Of a stretch of 52,111 bases of DNA, positions 35,898-44,495 are shown one piece after another. The notes below the pieces were generated by a model. The model was not told the origin of the DNA. It did no database searches and worked only from the letters and a program-made list of their open reading frames with translations. This DNA is from a virus (Duplodnaviria; Caudoviricetes): the IMG/VR virus record IMGVR_UViG_3300045002_000011, positions 1 through 52,111 of that record; one strand, given 5' to 3'. Each line of letters starts with the position of its first letter. Position 1 is the stretch's first letter. A program made the position numbers and the translations under genes.

Positions 35898-36272
35898 ATG
35901 TCCGCTCCCACCTACGACGGCCTCTTCCTCTTCGGCGGCTCGGTCCAGTGCCAGGTCCTCGATAACCCCAACGCCGACCAGCTCGCCGCGTTCTTCGGGA
36001 TCGACGGCCAGTTCAACCTGTTCGGCGGTACCCGCGGGCGCGTCTTCGCCATCCAGGGCGTCCTCATCGACACGACCCCCATCGGTCTTGCCGCCCAGGA
36101 GAGCGTGCTCCGGTCGTACCGCGACGGCATCTCCCGCACCTTCGTGGATACCAAAGGCGCCGCCTGGGACCAGGTCCTTTTCCGCCGCTACCAGCCCGAG
36201 GGCCGTTGGTACGGCACGATCGGCTACCAGGTCTTCCAACCGTACAAGGCAATGCTCGAGGGGATGCTCTGA
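35898..36272 (+). CDS. Putative distal tail/hub protein
   Basis: FFGIDG...GTRGRVFAIQGVL; position after the TMP. Confidence 0.55.
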   Translation: MSAPTYDGLFLFGGSVQCQVLDNPNADQLAAFFGIDGQFNLFGGTRGRVFAIQGVLIDTTPIGLAAQESVLRSYRDGISRTFVDTKGAAWDQVLFRRYQPEGRWYGTIGYQVFQPYKAMLEGML

Positions 36273-36273
36273 G

Positions 36274-36326
36274 CGTAGAACGGAATTCATTCCGTTCCCA
36301 CTCGTAGAACGGAATTCACTCCGTTC
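36274..36326 (+). repeat. Two tandem GTAG-tagged palindromic elements
   Basis: Copies at 36274-36297 and 36303-36326. Confidence 0.92.
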
Positions 36327-36334
36327 CCGCCACG

Positions 36335-37321
36335 ATGCCCTTCGACCAATCGTCGATCATCTCCGTCTCCGCCGCCCCGAGCGGCCCTGAGCTGCGGATT
36401 GCCTGGACGAGCTCCGCGCCCGAGGGCACGTACTTCCAGGTCTACCGCGCCGGACGGCTCGCGTGGTCGGGCACAAAGCGGTTCGTGAAGCTGCCCTGGC
36501 CGGCGCCTCTGGGCCCCAACGTCCAGTTCAGCGTCGGCGCGGTCGGCTCGAGCGAGCGGGGCAAAGACTTCAGCTACCAGGGCGGCGGATTCGGGGCCGG
36601 CGGATTCGGGGCCGGCGGATTCGGAAACGGCTCATGCCTGCCGCCACTTCCGAACGATCGCGTCACGCTCGAATGGACCGGCGGCCTTTGGTTGTCGGCC
36701 GCGATCGCCGGCTATTGTGTGTACGGCTCGGCGATCGCCGGCGGCCCGGTCTCGTTCGCGAAACCGCTCGCGACGATCCCCGCCTATACGGGCCCGGCGC
36801 CGAACTCCGGGTTCGGCCTGGGCGGGTTCGGGGTCGGCGGCTTCGGCACATCGTCGACCAGCTACCAGTGGACCTCGGGCCGGCTCTCCACCGGCACCTG
36901 GTCCTTCGCCGTCGCCGCGTTTGACTCGGCGGGGAACCGCGACCCGAACCCGCCGACCTTTTCCTACACGCTCACTGTCCCGCCGCGGCCGCCGGCCCCG
37001 AACGGCCGGGGGAAGCGGCTCACTTACACGTTCAGCCAGGGCCCCGGCGACGGCTTCGGCGCCGGCGGTTTTGGCACCGGAGGCTTCGGTTCGCCCCGCT
37101 ACGGCCACGGCTTTGGAACGCTGGGTTTCGGTACGGGCGGCTTTGGCGCCGGCGTGGTGGGGCTCGGTACTGCCCGCTTTGGCGCCGGCGGTTTTGGCAC
37201 CGGTGGCTTCGGCGCCGGCGGCGGATTCGGCGTGGGCGGTTTCGGCCGCGACGGCTTCGGCGTGGGCGCCGTCGACGGCGGGTCCTATACCGCGCTCACC
37301 TGGCTCCCATCCCCGAACTGA
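36335..37321 (+). CDS. FN3-like tail protein with three GGFG-repeat insertions
   Basis: GTWSFAVAAFDSAGN FN3 strand; repeated GFG(A/T/V)GGFG tracts. Confidence 0.75.
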   Translation: MPFDQSSIISVSAAPSGPELRIAWTSSAPEGTYFQVYRAGRLAWSGTKRFVKLPWPAPLGPNVQFSVGAVGSSERGKDFSYQGGGFGAGGFGAGGFGNGSCLPPLPNDRVTLEWTGGLWLSAAIAGYCVYGSAIAGGPVSFAKPLATIPAYTGPAPNSGFGLGGFGVGGFGTSSTSYQWTSGRLSTGTWSFAVAAFDSAGNRDPNPPTFSYTLTVPPRPPAPNGRGKRLTYTFSQGPGDGFGAGGFGTGGFGSPRYGHGFGTLGFGTGGFGAGVVGLGTARFGAGGFGTGGFGAGGGFGVGGFGRDGFGVGAVDGGSYTALTWLPSPN

Positions 37322-37324
37322 GCC

Positions 37325-37384
37325 CGTAGAACGGAATTCATTCCGTTCCTTTCGCAACAACGTAGAACGGAATTCATTCCGTTC
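37325..37384 (+). repeat. Two tandem GTAG-tagged palindromic elements
   Basis: Copies at 37325-37348 and 37361-37384. Confidence 0.92.
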
Positions 37385-37409
37385 CCCTTCCACCTAACAA
37401 CTGACCGCC

Positions 37410-38315
37410 ATGTCGAACACCTACACCAACAACATCGCCCTCGCGACCCCCGCCTACAACGATCCGGGCTGGGACGTCCCCCTGCGCAGCAACAACTCGC
37501 TGCTCGACGGCCAGCAGGCCCTCGGCGCCCTCGGCGTCGCATTCACTGAGCAGCCAAGCGCCAGCCTCAACGTCAAGGTTGCTGCGGGGACCTTCCGGAA
37601 TTCCGCCGGCAACCTCGTGTCGTACGTGGGGACCGCGCCCGTCGCGATGGCGCCGAACACGACCAATTACCTCTACCTCACCGACGCCGGCGTGCTGACG
37701 GTCAACACGACCGGCTTCCCCGCAAGCGCGTTCCACGTCCGCGTCGCAACCGTCGTCACCGGCAGCTCGACGATCACGCAGATCAACGACGCGCGCGTGC
37801 CCTGGTCGAGCGGCGGCAACGCGCTCAGCACGATCTATCTCGCCCTGGCCGGCGGCACGTTCACCGACGCGAGCGGCGTCGTCACGGTCGGCTGCGGCAC
37901 CGCGCATGGGACGAAGTTCGGCGCGGGCACGACTGATCTCCTCGCCTTCTACGGCGCGGCCCCTGTCGCCCAGCAGGCCAACTCGATAGACCTGGGCATC
38001 GTCCTCTCGACGCTCGGCCTCCGCGCCTCGGGCGGCAACCCGCCATTGAACCTGGGCACGGGCACGATCACATGCGGCGCGATCAACATCCAGGGCCTCA
38101 CGACGATCAGCGACGGCGACAACTTCGCCCTCGGCTCGACGACGGGGACCCAGATCGGCACCAGCGCCAGCCAGAAGCTCGCCTTCTTCGGTACGGCCCC
38201 CGCCGTTCAACAAACCGGCGGCGCCGCGACGGCGAGCAGCTCTTACACCGCAACTGAGCAGGGCATGCTCCAAAAAGCCTACAGCGCGCTCCGTACCTTC
38301 GGGCTGCTCTCCTGA
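37410..38315 (+). CDS. Tail fibre-like protein
   Basis: Thr/Gly-rich with internal repeat GTKFGAGTTDLLAFYGAAPV / GTQIGTSASQKLAFFGTAPA. Confidence 0.65.
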   Translation: MSNTYTNNIALATPAYNDPGWDVPLRSNNSLLDGQQALGALGVAFTEQPSASLNVKVAAGTFRNSAGNLVSYVGTAPVAMAPNTTNYLYLTDAGVLTVNTTGFPASAFHVRVATVVTGSSTITQINDARVPWSSGGNALSTIYLALAGGTFTDASGVVTVGCGTAHGTKFGAGTTDLLAFYGAAPVAQQANSIDLGIVLSTLGLRASGGNPPLNLGTGTITCGAINIQGLTTISDGDNFALGSTTGTQIGTSASQKLAFFGTAPAVQQTGGAATASSSYTATEQGMLQKAYSALRTFGLLS

Positions 38316-38339
38316 CGCAGAACGGAATTCATTCCGTTT
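38316..38339 (+). repeat. Palindromic element (GCAG tag variant)
   Basis: CGCAGAACGGAATTCATTCCGTTT. Confidence 0.88.
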
Positions 38340-38347
38340 CCGAAACG

Positions 38348-40516
38348 ATGGCCGGCAACTTCTCCTACGACCCCGCGCAGAGCTCCCTCCCACTCTCCTT
38401 TCCCGCCCTGTCGCTCGTCGTTGCGCTCTACGACCGCGAGAGCAGCTCGACCGCGTCGATCGACGTGCTTCCCAATGTGGTTTGCGAATCGATCGAGTTT
38501 CGCGACGGCTCCGAGCCGTCGACCGCTCGGTTCCGCTACCTGCTCGACTCGACCGACCCGAACTCGCCTTTCCCGATCACGTTCGCTGACTTCTGGCCGC
38601 TCGACGCCGACAATCCGTACCTGCCGCTGCTCGACGACGAGGTCGTCGTCTTCACGTACGACGACCAGGGCAATCGCGATGCCCTCTTCGACGGCTTCGC
38701 GCTGAGTCCCCAGGTCGACCTCACGGACAAGGGGCAGGCCGGCACGTTCGCCGCTTCCGGCGTCGAGGTCCGGTGCTGGGACAAGCCCGTCCACGGCACG
38801 GTCTACCGACCCGCGAGCGACCCGGAGCTCGAAGGCTTTGAGGTGACGATCAATGTGCCGACCCACTTCAACCCGGTCATCGACGGCACCCCGCGCGAGA
38901 ATTGCACGCCCGACGGCAGCGACGTCAACGACGGCGAGGACAACGCCTATCCGGTGTTCCTGCAGCACGACCTCCGGCGCAACCCGGATCCGGCCACGTT
39001 CTGGACGCTGCCCAAGCTGGTCAATTACCTCATTGGCACCGCCGACCAGGGGTTCGAACCCTGGGTGCTCACTCCCGACGCCCAGTTTGTCTATGACTAT
39101 CTGGTCGCGATGAACCCCAACAACGGGGAATACTACGACCCCAACGACCCGGAGACGTTCACCGAAGAGCCGATCATCATCCGGGATTACTACGCTTCGG
39201 GCAAAGCATGGCCCGACGCGATCAACGAGCAGCTCGGCTACTACGGGTTCGCCTCGCGCTTCGATCTCTCGCTCGACTCCCAGGGCCATCCCCGCGCCGA
39301 GCTGGTGGTCTACCGCAAGGACGACGACGGCACGAACTCGCCGAAGGGGCTGCTGCTGCAGGCAACGGGCGCGACGCTAGATCCGGGGCAGTCGAACGTC
39401 GAGCAGCTCCGGCTCGCGCGCGACGCCCAGCACCTCGCCAACCAGTTCGTGATCGCGACCCGGCCCGTGCGCTACGAGGTGGACGTGGTCCTCGCCCCGG
39501 GCTTCCAACCCAACGCGTCGGACGTCAACAACATTTCGAGCTTCGCCTTCGCGGCGATCTCGGCCGAGGGGACGCCCGACTCCCAGCGCGCGGCCTACCG
39601 CCGCTACATCGCCGACGAGTGCGGCGACGGCCATTGGGACCTCGAAGATGGCGAGTGGGTCACCGATCCGTTCGATTGGACTCCGCTCTGGCCCGACGAG
39701 CACGGCGAGCACATCTACGTCGAGCGGTACCGGCCCGGCAAGGGCACGCTGATCTCGCGGGACGACAGTCGCAAGCACTGGAAGGCGAACCTCGCCATCA
39801 GCCGCGATTACAGCGGCCCGGCACCCGCGATCTGGGACGGCCAAACGGGTACCTGGCAGCACTGCGGCTACTCCGGCTGGAAGCTGCTCGGCGATCGCCT
39901 GGGCATCGAGATCACCGCCGACAATCCCGAGGCCTGGAAGATCCCGAAGAGCGACGACCCCGACGCCCAGGTCCCGGGCAGCGTCGTCCGCGGCATCACC
40001 TCCATCGCGCAGCCGGGCAACGATCAGAACTCGTCCAAGTTCTTCCTGAAGCTCACGACCGTTATTGAGAGCGACCAGGACATCGATGTCACCGCCGACG
40101 TGCGTGACGCGTCTCCATCGAGCTTCGTCGTCGAGCGCGTGCTCGACGGCCGAGACCACTTCGTGAAGGAAGTCGTCGACAAGAGCTCCGCGTATTATAC
40201 GGCCAACCCGAACCCGGCCCCGCGCGACGATACCTCCCAGGCCCAGGCCCTCGCCAACGCCCTGCGCGCCGCGCACGAGTTCCCGGTGACGGCGGGCTCC
40301 GTGACCATCCCCTGGATCTCCGCCGCCTACGACGTGGGTGACCGCATCGACTTGATCGACGGCATCGACGTGAGCCTCCAAACCAACAACGGCGTCGACG
40401 CGGGCGAGGCCCCGTATTACCCCCAAGTGGTTGCGAAACGCTGGGAGTTCGCGGGCAACCGACAAACGACGACCCTCCTCCTCTCCGACCACCGCGCCGA
40501 ACCTTCCCATAGGTAG
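38348..40516 (+). CDS. Tail tip/baseplate hub protein
   Basis: 722-aa acidic protein ending in GSVTIP...YDVGDRID...TTTLLL, typical of hub proteins. Confidence 0.65.
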   Translation: MAGNFSYDPAQSSLPLSFPALSLVVALYDRESSSTASIDVLPNVVCESIEFRDGSEPSTARFRYLLDSTDPNSPFPITFADFWPLDADNPYLPLLDDEVVVFTYDDQGNRDALFDGFALSPQVDLTDKGQAGTFAASGVEVRCWDKPVHGTVYRPASDPELEGFEVTINVPTHFNPVIDGTPRENCTPDGSDVNDGEDNAYPVFLQHDLRRNPDPATFWTLPKLVNYLIGTADQGFEPWVLTPDAQFVYDYLVAMNPNNGEYYDPNDPETFTEEPIIIRDYYASGKAWPDAINEQLGYYGFASRFDLSLDSQGHPRAELVVYRKDDDGTNSPKGLLLQATGATLDPGQSNVEQLRLARDAQHLANQFVIATRPVRYEVDVVLAPGFQPNASDVNNISSFAFAAISAEGTPDSQRAAYRRYIADECGDGHWDLEDGEWVTDPFDWTPLWPDEHGEHIYVERYRPGKGTLISRDDSRKHWKANLAISRDYSGPAPAIWDGQTGTWQHCGYSGWKLLGDRLGIEITADNPEAWKIPKSDDPDAQVPGSVVRGITSIAQPGNDQNSSKFFLKLTTVIESDQDIDVTADVRDASPSSFVVERVLDGRDHFVKEVVDKSSAYYTANPNPAPRDDTSQAQALANALRAAHEFPVTAGSVTIPWISAAYDVGDRIDLIDGIDVSLQTNNGVDAGEAPYYPQVVAKRWEFAGNRQTTTLLLSDHRAEPSHR

Positions 40517-40607
40517 AACGGAATTCATTCCGTTCACCTTTCCGCGATGCACGACCCCCACCTCCGCGTCATCCGCGATCGCCTGGCCGACCTCGAGGCC
40601 CAGGTCG
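40513..40607 (+). repeat. 95-bp direct repeat, copy 1 (palindrome plus first 20 codons)
   Basis: Identical to 40889-40983. Confidence 0.95.
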
Positions 40608-40876
40608 ACCAATCGGTCGACGACGCCCCCTCCGGCTCCTCACTGCTCGTGGTCACGACGGTCGTCTCGGCCTACCCAACCGCGGTGAACTGCTTCTTCG
40701 CCGTCCGCGAGCTCATCCCGGGCGGCCAGGAGGTCGAGGGCGGTCCCGCGACGTTGACTCCGGCCGGCGGCGTCTTCTACGCGTGGAACCGCGGCACGCA
40801 AACTCCTCCGCAGGGTTCCGCCGTCCTCGCCGATGAAGTCGGCGGCCGCTGGACCTTCTCCTACGACGGCCCGTAA
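40547..40876 (+). CDS. Short tail-tip protein, paralog of the next gene's N-terminus
   Basis: Shares MHDPHLRVIRDRLADLEAQV, EVEGGPA and GRW with 40923-42035. Confidence 0.75.
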   Translation: MHDPHLRVIRDRLADLEAQVDQSVDDAPSGSSLLVVTTVVSAYPTAVNCFFAVRELIPGGQEVEGGPATLTPAGGVFYAWNRGTQTPPQGSAVLADEVGGRWTFSYDGP

Positions 40877-40888
40877 CGTCGCGTCTTC

Positions 40889-40983
40889 GTAGAACGGAAT
40901 TCATTCCGTTCACCTTTCCGCGATGCACGACCCCCACCTCCGCGTCATCCGCGATCGCCTGGCCGACCTCGAGGCCCAGGTCG
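40889..40983 (+). repeat. 95-bp direct repeat, copy 2
   Basis: Identical to 40513-40607. Confidence 0.95.
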
Positions 40984-42035
40984 GTGCGCTCGCCAACCGC
41001 CCGCTCTCCACCTCCCAGCGCGTGGCCAAGATCACCGACCTCGGCCACATCCCCACGACCACCGGCGTCTACTTCGCCGCCAATCCCGCGAACCTCATCG
41101 GCACCGAGGTCGAGGGCGGCCCGGCCAGCGCCCCGGCCGACAGCAGCGTCATCTACGTGCTGATGGTCGGCTCGCAGGCCCCCGTCGCCGGCGATCTGGT
41201 CGTCGCCAAGCAGATCCACGGCCGCTGGGTCGCTCAGAAGCTCCAGCCGAGCAACAAGCCGAAATGCCAACCGTGCAACACGCCCCTCGACGGCAGCGAC
41301 GCGGAGAGCGTGTCGTGGAACCTTCAGAGCCTCAAGGATTCCTGGGCCCAGCTCAACGGCCAGACGCTCTACTGTTACGACTGCTTTTCGACCACCGGCC
41401 TTCAGGCGATCGCCGTCACCTGCTGGCAGCCGTACGCGAACCCCGGGAACTTCCAGTGCACCGGCGGCCAGGCATGCAACGGGTTCTTTCCCTGCTATTA
41501 CGGGCAGTGGAACGCGGTCATGGCGACGAATACGGGGTTCACGAATCCGCTCACGTTCACGCTGGGTCCGATCGGGCCGTACATCGGCAGCCCCGTCCAG
41601 CTCCTCGGCTCGTGGACGTGGGGAGCGCCGCAGTTTCCAAGCCTCGCCGGCGTCTTCTGTCCGTTCTTCAACACCACGATCAATTACTGGGTCCAGTGCT
41701 GGAAGCTCTGCAACTATACGCAGCTCTTCCCCCCCAAGCAGGGCGCGAATTACGTCCTGTCGTACGTCGCGCTCAACGCCCAGTGCCCGAAGCCGATCCA
41801 GATCGGGCCGCCCCCCTTCGAGCCGATCCTCGCCTCTGGCGGCCCTGCGTTCTGTCGGTCAAATTTCCTGTATACGGGGTTCGGAGCACTCGACGTATTC
41901 TTCTTCCCCAACGACGGCTCCTCCGGCGTGATCAGTTGCAGCCCGCTCTCCCTCGCCCTGAGCAAGACCGTGACCACCCAAAACTGCGGCATGCCGCAAC
42001 TCAACAGCACCAACTCCATCTCCGTGACCGCCTAA
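40923..42035 (+). CDS. Putative receptor-binding protein with Cys-rich C-terminal domain
   Basis: Shared N-terminal anchor plus about 250 aa Cys/aromatic-rich domain; last tail gene. Confidence 0.65.
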   Translation: MHDPHLRVIRDRLADLEAQVGALANRPLSTSQRVAKITDLGHIPTTTGVYFAANPANLIGTEVEGGPASAPADSSVIYVLMVGSQAPVAGDLVVAKQIHGRWVAQKLQPSNKPKCQPCNTPLDGSDAESVSWNLQSLKDSWAQLNGQTLYCYDCFSTTGLQAIAVTCWQPYANPGNFQCTGGQACNGFFPCYYGQWNAVMATNTGFTNPLTFTLGPIGPYIGSPVQLLGSWTWGAPQFPSLAGVFCPFFNTTINYWVQCWKLCNYTQLFPPKQGANYVLSYVALNAQCPKPIQIGPPPFEPILASGGPAFCRSNFLYTGFGALDVFFFPNDGSSGVISCSPLSLALSKTVTTQNCGMPQLNSTNSISVTA

Positions 42036-42052
42036 CGACTTCCGTTCCTCTT

Positions 42053-43423
42053 ATGCTCCCACTCGCCGAAGCCCTCGACCGCGCCGTCGCCAAGACGGGC
42101 GACCCGCGGTACCGCCAGCTCGTCGACCCGGCCCATCCGAGCTACAACCCCGCCTATATCCCGATCGTCCACCTCCTCGCCGGCGACGACCTGGCCGTCG
42201 ACTCCGCGCCGCCGCAGCACGGCTCGATCGATCCGATGGACGCGCCGATCCTCCCCGTCGAGGAGTCGCTCCGCTTTCAGCGCGAGGTCAAACAATGCCG
42301 GCACCGCGGACCGAGGTCGGGCTCCTGCGGCTGCCATTCATGCGCCCTCGGCAGGGGCAACGCCGGCCAGGTCAACGACTACGACTGCCTGGACTGCCTG
42401 GGCTTCATCCCACGCCCGAGCACGTTGGCCCGGGCGCTCCGGCAATGGTACGACGAAGCCGCCGCGGCCAACCGGCACCGCGCCGCGGCGACGAGCTCGG
42501 CGACGATCGGCGCCGGCGGCGACTTCTTCATCGCCCCTTCGCGCGTCGAGCCGCGATCGCCCAGGCCCTGGGAGGGCACGGGCGAGAAGCGGCCGTGGGA
42601 TTACCGCGTCACCGCGGCCATTCCGCATCTCGACGCCCCGGAGCTGCTCCGCCAGGTCCTCGCGACGCTTCAGGCTCAGACCGAGGTCCCGTGGATCCAG
42701 GTCTGGGACATGGGCAGCCTGGCGCAGCACTGGCCCGAGCTCAACGCGATCGAGGCCGAATTCCCCAACGTCGAGGTCCACCGCATCCGCTCGAAAGCCT
42801 GGCGGTTCACGAGCGAGCCGGTGGCGACGGCCATGGACTTCGCGTTCGCGCGCTGTCAAACCGAGTTCCTCTACGCCACGCACGTCGACGTGTTCCTGAA
42901 GCGACCTGATTACCTCCGGTATTTGGTCGATCGGTGCGACGCTCAGACGCCGGCCGTTGGATACCAGATGTCCCCGCGGACTTACTGGCACTCCGACCTC
43001 TGGAAGCGGATCCTCAGTCACACCGCGTCGCTATACCACATGCCGACCATGCGCCGGCTCAACGTCACCTGGTCCATGACCGCGAGCTACGAGTCCCTGG
43101 GCCTCGAGATGCGCCAGGACGCCTGGCGGGCCGCCGCTGTTGACTTCGTGCCCGATACCGAGGTGAACCCAGGCCTCTGCCTGCTTCGGGCCGGCGTCGG
43201 CGAGCGCTGGCTAGGACAGCCGGATCCCGGTCCCGGCCACCCCCCGAGCGTCCTCATGCTGGGCCCCGAGCCGAACGAACCTTATGAGACCGACTGGCTC
43301 ATTCACGAGCGGTCAACCACCGGCCACCGCCTCTACAACACCCAGCTCGCCAACGAACGCGCCGAGCGCCTCCAGCGCACGCTCGAGCGTTCCAAGCAGC
43401 TCGTCGCCTCCTGGGCTCCGTAG
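42053..43423 (+). CDS. GT-A (family 2) glycosyltransferase with N-terminal Cys-rich domain
   Basis: VTAAIPHLD...VLATLQAQT...VWDMGS...TEFLYATHVDV; CRHR...CGCHSC...CLDC. Confidence 0.78.
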   Translation: MLPLAEALDRAVAKTGDPRYRQLVDPAHPSYNPAYIPIVHLLAGDDLAVDSAPPQHGSIDPMDAPILPVEESLRFQREVKQCRHRGPRSGSCGCHSCALGRGNAGQVNDYDCLDCLGFIPRPSTLARALRQWYDEAAAANRHRAAATSSATIGAGGDFFIAPSRVEPRSPRPWEGTGEKRPWDYRVTAAIPHLDAPELLRQVLATLQAQTEVPWIQVWDMGSLAQHWPELNAIEAEFPNVEVHRIRSKAWRFTSEPVATAMDFAFARCQTEFLYATHVDVFLKRPDYLRYLVDRCDAQTPAVGYQMSPRTYWHSDLWKRILSHTASLYHMPTMRRLNVTWSMTASYESLGLEMRQDAWRAAAVDFVPDTEVNPGLCLLRAGVGERWLGQPDPGPGHPPSVLMLGPEPNEPYETDWLIHERSTTGHRLYNTQLANERAERLQRTLERSKQLVASWAP

Positions 43424-43584
43424 AGCCGATTATGTCGCGCCAGGCGGCGCCGACGGCGCTGGACGTTAGGAAGCGAGGGGCTGATCAACTATGACGGGTC
43501 GCTCCATTGGTGTTCGAGCTGCGGCGGTTGGCCGACCCCTGACGTTGCCGCGGATCGCAGCTCGCGATAGAGTCACACGAACGA

Positions 43585-43609
43585 GCCCGGGTCAAAGACT
43601 GACCCGGGC
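43585..43609. terminator. Hairpin between convergent late and right-arm transcripts
   Basis: GCCCGGGTCA-AAGAC-TGACCCGGGC. Confidence 0.45.
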
Positions 43610-43634
43610 GCTTCGGCCCACGACGACGGGGCCG

Positions 43635-44003
43635 TCAGGACGATGCCCCGTCGTCGCCGGCCGGCAGCGCCAGCGGGTGTCGAACGACCTGCACCAGGCG
43701 CTCGATCGCCGCGAGCACAGCCCGCCCTTTAGGCGTCAGCGCCCACCGCCGGGTCGCACTGTGCGGGAGCACGAACCCCGCGGCCTTCACCTCCTCGAGC
43801 ACATGGAGCGCTTCCCCCGGCGGCGAGCCGAACCGCCGAGCGACCTCGGTGAGGGAGAGTCCTTCAATCTGCGCCGAGTGACGGCCGAGCACCCAGACGA
43901 TGAGCAATCTCTCCGGCTGCGCCGCCGCGATCATCATCTCGGCGATCGCCGCCGCGGCCAGCCAATCGTCCGACCGCTCGGTGCGCGGTTGAAGGCGCGT
44001 CAT
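43635..44003 (-). CDS. Winged-helix DNA-binding protein
   Basis: LSLTEVARRFG...VLEEVKAAGFV...WALTPKGRAVL. Confidence 0.7.
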   Translation of the reverse strand: MTRLQPRTERSDDWLAAAAIAEMMIAAAQPERLLIVWVLGRHSAQIEGLSLTEVARRFGSPPGEALHVLEEVKAAGFVLPHSATRRWALTPKGRAVLAAIERLVQVVRHPLALPAGDDGASS

Positions 44004-44206
44004 TTGGCAGCCGCCCCCGCCGCCCGCTTCCCGAGGCGCCTCAGCCCCGCCCGCTTCTCCTCCGGCAGCTCGTCCACCGGCGTCCATCGCTCGTCTCCTT
44101 CCAGGCAGTAATGCGTCACGGGGTGTTCCCTGCGCTCCGCAGGGACCTCATGCAGCCGAAACGGCTCCCAGCCCCGGAGCAGCACCCACTCAGTACGCCC
44201 GTCCAT
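44000..44206 (-). CDS. Hypothetical protein
   Basis: ATGA-coupled short ORF. Confidence 0.5.
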   Translation of the reverse strand: MDGRTEWVLLRGWEPFRLHEVPAERREHPVTHYCLEGDERWTPVDELPEEKRAGLRRLGKRAAGAAAK

Positions 44207-44495
44207 GGTCGGCTTCCGGCTCGTCTTCTTCGTCGTCGGCATAATCGGCCTCGGGGTCGAAGTCTACCTCGCCGAGGTCGCAATCCTCGCAACCCGGGCA
44301 CCCGGCCCCTCCATGGTGATGACACACACAGAAGTCGCCGCCGCAGAAACAGTGGATGACGCCCGTCCCACCGCATGCCTCCTCGAGTCCTGATGGGTCG
44401 AAGAGCTCGTCGTACGTCCCACGCTCTCCACACCAGCAGGCGAAGACCGGATTCGTCACCTCTTCCGGATCCTCGGCGCGGTCACTCCTCCCCAT
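44190..44495 (-). CDS. Small Cys/His-rich acidic protein
   Basis: CWC...CGGTG..HCFCGGDFCVCHHH...CPGCEDC with acidic tail. Confidence 0.6.
   Translation of the reverse strand: MGRSDRAEDPEEVTNPVFACWCGERGTYDELFDPSGLEEACGGTGVIHCFCGGDFCVCHHHGGAGCPGCEDCDLGEVDFDPEADYADDEEDEPEADHGRAY

Noticed and set aside
36274-37384. Tandem palindromic repeats as a mini-CRISPR array
   Set aside because: Spacers are only 5 and 12 nt, other copies are separated by whole genes, and no cas genes are present.
14376-40612. Long antisense ORFs (e.g. 14376-15713, 16597-17907, 26184-27935, 39377-40612)
   Set aside because: Shadow frames of high-GC3 genes on the opposite strand, with no motifs.
40513-42035. Diversity-generating retroelement (TR/VR pair)
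   Set aside because: The repeats are identical and N-terminal with no adenine-specific mismatches, and no reverse transcriptase ORF was seen.
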